A stretch of DNA of 64,000 bases. It comes from Paludibacteraceae bacterium (GTDB taxonomy: Bacteria > Bacteroidota > Bacteroidia > Bacteroidales > Paludibacteraceae). Position numbers and translations under genes: made by a program. This document shows positions 59,822 to 64,000 of this stretch, piece by piece. The notes below the pieces were generated by a model. That model was not told the DNA's origin and searched no databases. It saw only the letters and a program-made list of their open reading frames with translations. The first letter of the stretch is position 1, and every line of letters starts with the position of its first letter. Location of the stretch: the NCBI GenBank assembly GCA_017551675.1, contig JAFZLC010000047.1, positions 18,576 to 82,575 of the forward strand, given 5' to 3'.

Positions 59822-60841
59822 TTAATCAAACAGTGACCCCATTTGGCTGAACTTCAGTTTACCAAGATGCTTGTAGGCAAGTTCTGTCACCTCACGTCCT
59901 CGTGGAGTGCGTTTTAAGAAGCCCTCTTTGATCAGATAAGGCTCATATACATCCTCTACGGTGCCAGCATCTTCGCCCAATGCGGTGGCAATGGTGGTGA
60001 GTCCGACAGGTCCGCCATTGAACTTGTCGATGATAAGGTTTAATAGTTTATTGTCGATTTCGTCTAATCCGTAGGTGTCAATATTCAACGCTTCCAACGC
60101 ATATTTTGTTATCTTCACGTTGATGGTACCGTCTCCTTTCACTTGGGCAAAGTCTCTTACTCGGCGTAGCAAGGCGTTGGCGATACGCGGTGTTCCTCTG
60201 CTTCGTCTGGCAATCTCGATGGCGGCCTCTCTCTCACATGGTGCATTCAATAGGGTGGCCGACCGTATGATGATATCTTTCAATACATCTATATCATAAT
60301 ACTCCAGGTGACAGTTAATGCCAAAACGTGCTCGCAGCGGACTGGTCAGCAAACCGCTTCGGGTGGTGGCGCCTACAAGTGTGAATGGATTCAAATCGAT
60401 TTGGATGGAACGGGCGTTGGGACCTTTGTCTATCATGATGTCAATCCGATAATCCTCCATGGCAGAGTAGAGATACTCCTCCACAACGGGTGATAAACGA
60501 TGGATTTCATCGATGAAAAGGACATCATGTGGTTCAAGGTTGGTGAGTAATCCCGCCAAATCACCTGGCTTGTCTAAGACAGGCCCCGAGGTGATTTTGA
60601 AGCCTACCCCAAGCTCATTGGCAATGATGTTGGAAAGTGTAGTCTTTCCTAGTCCTGGAGGGCCATGAAATAGAATATGATCGAGCGATTCTCCTCTCAT
60701 CTTGGCAGCTTGTACAAAGATGCGAAGGTTTTCAATGATTTTCGTCTGACCCGCAAAATCATCAAAGGAGAGGGGACGAAGGGCATTTTCAAACTCCTTC
60801 TCCTTCTCGCTTGCACTATTTCGTATATCAAAGTTATCCAT
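59822..60841 (-). CDS. ruvB: Holliday junction branch-migration helicase RuvB
   Basis: 339 aa. Walker [10 protein letters not shown], Walker B DEIHR, sensor regions, and a C-terminal winged helix. Confidence 0.95.
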   Translation of the reverse strand: MDNFDIRNSASEKEKEFENALRPLSFDDFAGQTKIIENLRIFVQAAKMRGESLDHILFHGPPGLGKTTLSNIIANELGVGFKITSGPVLDKPGDLAGLLTNLEPHDVLFIDEIHRLSPVVEEYLYSAMEDYRIDIMIDKGPNARSIQIDLNPFTLVGATTRSGLLTSPLRARFGINCHLEYYDIDVLKDIIIRSATLLNAPCEREAAIEIARRSRGTPRIANALLRRVRDFAQVKGDGTINVKITKYALEALNIDTYGLDEIDNKLLNLIIDKFNGGPVGLTTIATALGEDAGTVEDVYEPYLIKEGFLKRTPRGREVTELAYKHLGKLKFSQMGSLFD

Positions 60842-60850
60842 TGCCTTTTT

Positions 60851-61564
60851 TTATATTTGTCCTTTCAGGAAAGCACTTCTCATCTCTGGTTCGAATTTCT
60901 CTATGGCATACCGTAGAGAGGTTCTGCTCATCTTCTTATATCTTTTCTTTAAATAAGCATACTCTGCATCAAAATCTTTCTTTCCAACCTCTCTCAACAT
61001 CCATCCGGTTGCTTTGTTAAGCAGGTCTTCTTTGTCAGAAATCAGCGTGTCACAAATCTTGAAAGTGTCGGTGAAATCGCCATTTTTAATAAAAGTATAA
61101 GTGGAGACGATGGCAATTCTTCGTTCCCACATATTGGTGCTTTTGGATAAGCTATGCAATACCGAGCGATCTCTATTCAAAAGATAGTCACCAACGATTT
61201 GTGGGGCGGTTAAATCCACCAAGTCCCAGTTGTTAATCGCATGTGTATAACTCAAATAGAAATCAAACACCTCTTTCTGAATAGATTCATTCTTCTTGCT
61301 TTTCTTGAAATGATCTACCAAAAACAGCAGTCCTGTCATTCGACATTCGTGAAATTCACTGGCCAGCAATATAGAGATCTCATCTAAAGAGAGTGGAGCA
61401 AACTGTTTGACAATTGCTCTTTGCTGGGGAACGGTTACGCCAATAAACAAGTCACCTTCTCCATATTGCCCTTCCCCTGTTTTGAAAAAAGAGGATAAAA
61501 CCTCCCTTTTACCGGGAATTGCTGCTGCAAAAAGTTCGTCTTTTATATCTGCTGCACTTGCCAT
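60851..61564 (-). CDS. DNA alkylation repair protein (AlkD/AlkC-like HEAT-repeat glycosylase family)
   Basis: 237 aa all-helical protein. Motifs resemble PF08713 members (…WDLVD… repeated HEAT-like helices). Confidence 0.5.
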   Translation of the reverse strand: MASAADIKDELFAAAIPGKREVLSSFFKTGEGQYGEGDLFIGVTVPQQRAIVKQFAPLSLDEISILLASEFHECRMTGLLFLVDHFKKSKKNESIQKEVFDFYLSYTHAINNWDLVDLTAPQIVGDYLLNRDRSVLHSLSKSTNMWERRIAIVSTYTFIKNGDFTDTFKICDTLISDKEDLLNKATGWMLREVGKKDFDAEYAYLKKRYKKMSRTSLRYAIEKFEPEMRSAFLKGQI

Positions 61565-61568
61565 ATTA

Positions 61569-62903
61569 TTATTGTAAACCTATAGTTGAGATGATTTGTT
61601 GCATAATTGTTGAAATCGAAGATGGATAAGGTGATTTCTTTATTATGTTTCGCAGACGCTCTTTCACACGTTCAAATCTCCATTTATAACGTAGCATGAA
61701 GGAGAATGATATTGGTAATGTGAAGAAGAACGCAACTGTATGAATAAAGTCTTTGAAGAAGAACGCAGCAATGATTGTTTCGATAATGTATATGATGGGC
61801 ATTAGCAGTCCTGCCGAACCAAACTTAACGGATGATTCAAATCCAGTGCCACGCATTTTCTTACCGAGTAGCTTGCAGATTGCATATCCTATTCCATTGA
61901 TAGCCAAACTATAGATGAGCAGCCAGCTAAAAAGGATCAAATAGAGAATGTCGGCCACAAGATTCGCATCGATACTCTTGCCAAATTCTTGCATTCTTCC
62001 ACTGAAACTAACGTCGGGATGATCCTTGCTCCATTTCTGACAGAGATCTTCCAATTGTTGGATGTATTCCGTACATCTCTCATCTGTTTCAGCCTTATCC
62101 AAGATCTCGACAATTTTTTGTCGAGCAACCAACCGTGATGTCTCGTTATCGGGTAGGTTCAACAGATTCAGCATGGTCTGATTGTGCAGACATGCAGCGG
62201 TATAGAATGTATCGTAATGATCTTTGGATTTAATGTTTAGCATAAGTGGCTCCATCCTTCTGGCTAGTTCCTCTTTGATCTTGTTAAGAGCAACTGGCGC
62301 ATTCTCTTCATGCAACTGAGCGTAATCCTTTATGCTAATTGGTTTTCCAAAATTGACAATTAAGTGTCTTCCACTCTTGTCATAATGGCCATAGTCAATA
62401 CCCACTGGAATAATCTTCACCCATTTGTTCTTATCTGTTATTTTACTTTGGGCGGAGAAGGCACTTCTGAAGATACCTTTTACAAGAGGACGCAGACTTC
62501 TGTACTCTTCTTGTCCTCCTTCTGGCATTAAACAAAGAAATTCGTCATGAAGTAAAACATCATCGGAGTCGGACATTGATTCTTGGTTCTTTTTCAAGTT
62601 GCTGTAGCCATTTCTCATTCTATAAGCTGGCATCATTTTTAGAGAACGTAGAATGGAATCAATTATCTTGTTGCTGAATATGTCGGCACGAACCCAAAAT
62701 ACAACTGGTCTGGGTGATGAGGAGAGTAGTGCCATCGCGTCAATAAATGCGTTCTGATGGTTGGGTGCAAAAATGACAGGGCCTCCTTCTGGTATGTTTA
62801 TGTCTCCGTTGATTTCAATCGTGCTATACCACCTTTTGTATATGAAGTTGGTATAAACTCTCATGAAGGAATAAAATAATGATGTTTTATAAAACTGACT
62901 CAT
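61569..62903 (-). CDS. lysophospholipid acyltransferase family protein (PlsC-like) with a C-terminal membrane domain
   Basis: 444 aa. Acyltransferase HX4D motif (NHQNAFID) and later conserved blocks, followed by about 4 C-terminal transmembrane helices. Confidence 0.6.
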   Translation of the reverse strand: MSQFYKTSLFYSFMRVYTNFIYKRWYSTIEINGDINIPEGGPVIFAPNHQNAFIDAMALLSSSPRPVVFWVRADIFSNKIIDSILRSLKMMPAYRMRNGYSNLKKNQESMSDSDDVLLHDEFLCLMPEGGQEEYRSLRPLVKGIFRSAFSAQSKITDKNKWVKIIPVGIDYGHYDKSGRHLIVNFGKPISIKDYAQLHEENAPVALNKIKEELARRMEPLMLNIKSKDHYDTFYTAACLHNQTMLNLLNLPDNETSRLVARQKIVEILDKAETDERCTEYIQQLEDLCQKWSKDHPDVSFSGRMQEFGKSIDANLVADILYLILFSWLLIYSLAINGIGYAICKLLGKKMRGTGFESSVKFGSAGLLMPIIYIIETIIAAFFFKDFIHTVAFFFTLPISFSFMLRYKWRFERVKERLRNIIKKSPYPSSISTIMQQIISTIGLQ

Positions 62904-62912
62904 AATATTTTG

Positions 62913-64000
62913 TTAAACAATGTATTTGTCCGATGCATTCTCATCGAATTGATCTGGATATAATATAATATAACTATTTTTGGCAAAGTATTTAGATAGG
63001 TGATTTGGTAGTTTGTCAAACAGAGGGTCGTAAGAGATGGCCGTCTTTCTGGATGATACCACCACAAATAGGTCGTTTGAAGTAACAACTCTCGTCAGGA
63101 CAAGGAAGTCTTCCCAGTCGTCCAATTCACAAAATTCCGTTTCCACGCCGAATTTGTTTCTTTTTGCGAGTGTGCGAATCTGATCCAATGTTTCGGTATG
63201 TGCATAGAAACATGCTTTTGCTCCAATCTGCTTGCAAATATTCTTCATACGATCATACCATTTTACAAATCCCACCTCAAACTCTGCTTTTGGTGGCACC
63301 GCAATCACCAATCGCTTGATGGTGCTGACGGGTTGTATGCAATGGTAGATGAGTGTCATCTGATTGGTTCCTTTCAACAGGTTGTCTGTTTTATCACCCA
63401 GGAAGGAGTCCGTGAAATTGGATTTATGGTGTAGTCCGATGACAACTTCTGTAATCTGGTTTTCCCTGATTGTTTGGATGATACCACTGGTTACGTTCAC
63501 ATCATAACGTGTGAGCATTCGAACGGAATTATCGGTGGCGGAAGCAATTTTTGCCGCTTTCTCCAACAATTTCTTCGCCTTTTCCTCGGAGGTGAGGTGT
63601 GCCGCGTTCTTATTGGCAATGGTAAGTGCGTAGAGGGGTTCCTTACTCTTATCCACCTTCAATAGGATGGCAAGCTCCATCAAACTTCTTAGGGTTTCAG
63701 GGTTGTAGAGTGGAACAAGGATTCTGTCGACCAATTTCTCCTCTGTCATCTTCTCTTCCAATTGGTCTTCCAATCGAACTAGTTTCTTGGCAGCTTTTTC
63801 TGTGGCAAATGAGGAGATGGTGCAAGTCACCAAAATCATCACGATGGTACCATTCAAGATGTCGTCGTTCAAGAGTCGGATGCTCTCGCCCGTGCTTGTC
63901 TCGCCAATGATAATGTTGTATCCAATCATCACTGCGGCCAATGTGGCAGCTGCTTGTGCGTTACTCAATCCGAATATCATCAAGCCCTCTTCCTTCGTCA
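62913..64000 (-). CDS. cation:proton antiporter family protein, C-terminal part (N-terminus beyond the right edge); cytoplasmic tail with USP-like nucleotide-binding fold
   Basis: The ORF stays open to the window end (…TKEEGLMIFGLSNAQAAATLAAVMIGYNIIIGE… last transmembrane helices). About 300-aa soluble tail with alternating beta-alpha character (…RILVPLYNPE…, …LVIAVPPKAE…). Confidence 0.45.
   Translation of the reverse strand, partial: TKEEGLMIFGLSNAQAAATLAAVMIGYNIIIGETSTGESIRLLNDDILNGTIVMILVTCTISSFATEKAAKKLVRLEDQLEEKMTEEKLVDRILVPLYNPETLRSLMELAILLKVDKSKEPLYALTIANKNAAHLTSEEKAKKLLEKAAKIASATDNSVRMLTRYDVNVTSGIIQTIRENQITEVVIGLHHKSNFTDSFLGDKTDNLLKGTNQMTLIYHCIQPVSTIKRLVIAVPPKAEFEVGFVKWYDRMKNICKQIGAKACFYAHTETLDQIRTLAKRNKFGVETEFCELDDWEDFLVLTRVVTSNDLFVVVSSRKTAISYDPLFDKLPNHLSKYFAKNSYIILYPDQFDENASDKYIV

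Overview
This 64-kb window looks like a Bacteroidota chromosome segment (about 40% GC), probably Prevotella/Porphyromonas-like. Evidence for that placement: a glycoside hydrolase carrying a type IX secretion (T9SS) C-terminal sorting domain, promoter cores of the Bacteroides TTTG…TAnnTTTG type, and no Shine-Dalgarno sequences. Almost all of it is core housekeeping DNA: ssb (partial), serB, glnS, ychF, argC, thyA, xseA, ddl, the complete cell-elongation cluster rodA-mrdA-mreD-mreC-mreB, purH, argB, mscL, queH, mdh, a YuaF/NfeD-like plus flotillin pair, deoC, polA, dusB, a U32 peptidase, dtd, uvrC, mnmG, a tRNA-Met(CAT), ruvB, and a partial antiporter gene at the right edge. I found no transposase, integrase, CRISPR array or recognisable defence island. 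The items worth a second look are smaller. (1) The 388-bp convergent polA/dusB spacer holds three perfect 14-22-bp palindromes with a CACGTG core, four short GC hairpins and two copies of a roughly 24-bp terminator palindrome family; a fourth CACGTG palindrome fills the 24-bp gap immediately upstream of dusB. (2) A 1411-aa fused protein (two CoA-enzyme-activase ATPase modules plus a dehydratase-like domain) sits divergent to a UPF0371/DUF1846 gene; both are of unknown function. (3) A tandem pair of secreted paralogs has nearly identical 5' ends and leaders, consistent with gene conversion. (4) An orphan acyl carrier protein is divergent from an AraC regulator, with three AAATTTGCA boxes in the shared promoter region. 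(5) A stand-alone secreted protein fuses three BatD-like repeats to a vWA domain. (6) A 15-nt motif TGTTTCCTGAGAACG recurs in two intergenic regions. (7) An 870-bp ORF-free, hairpin-rich region lies next to the 3' end of tRNA-Met.
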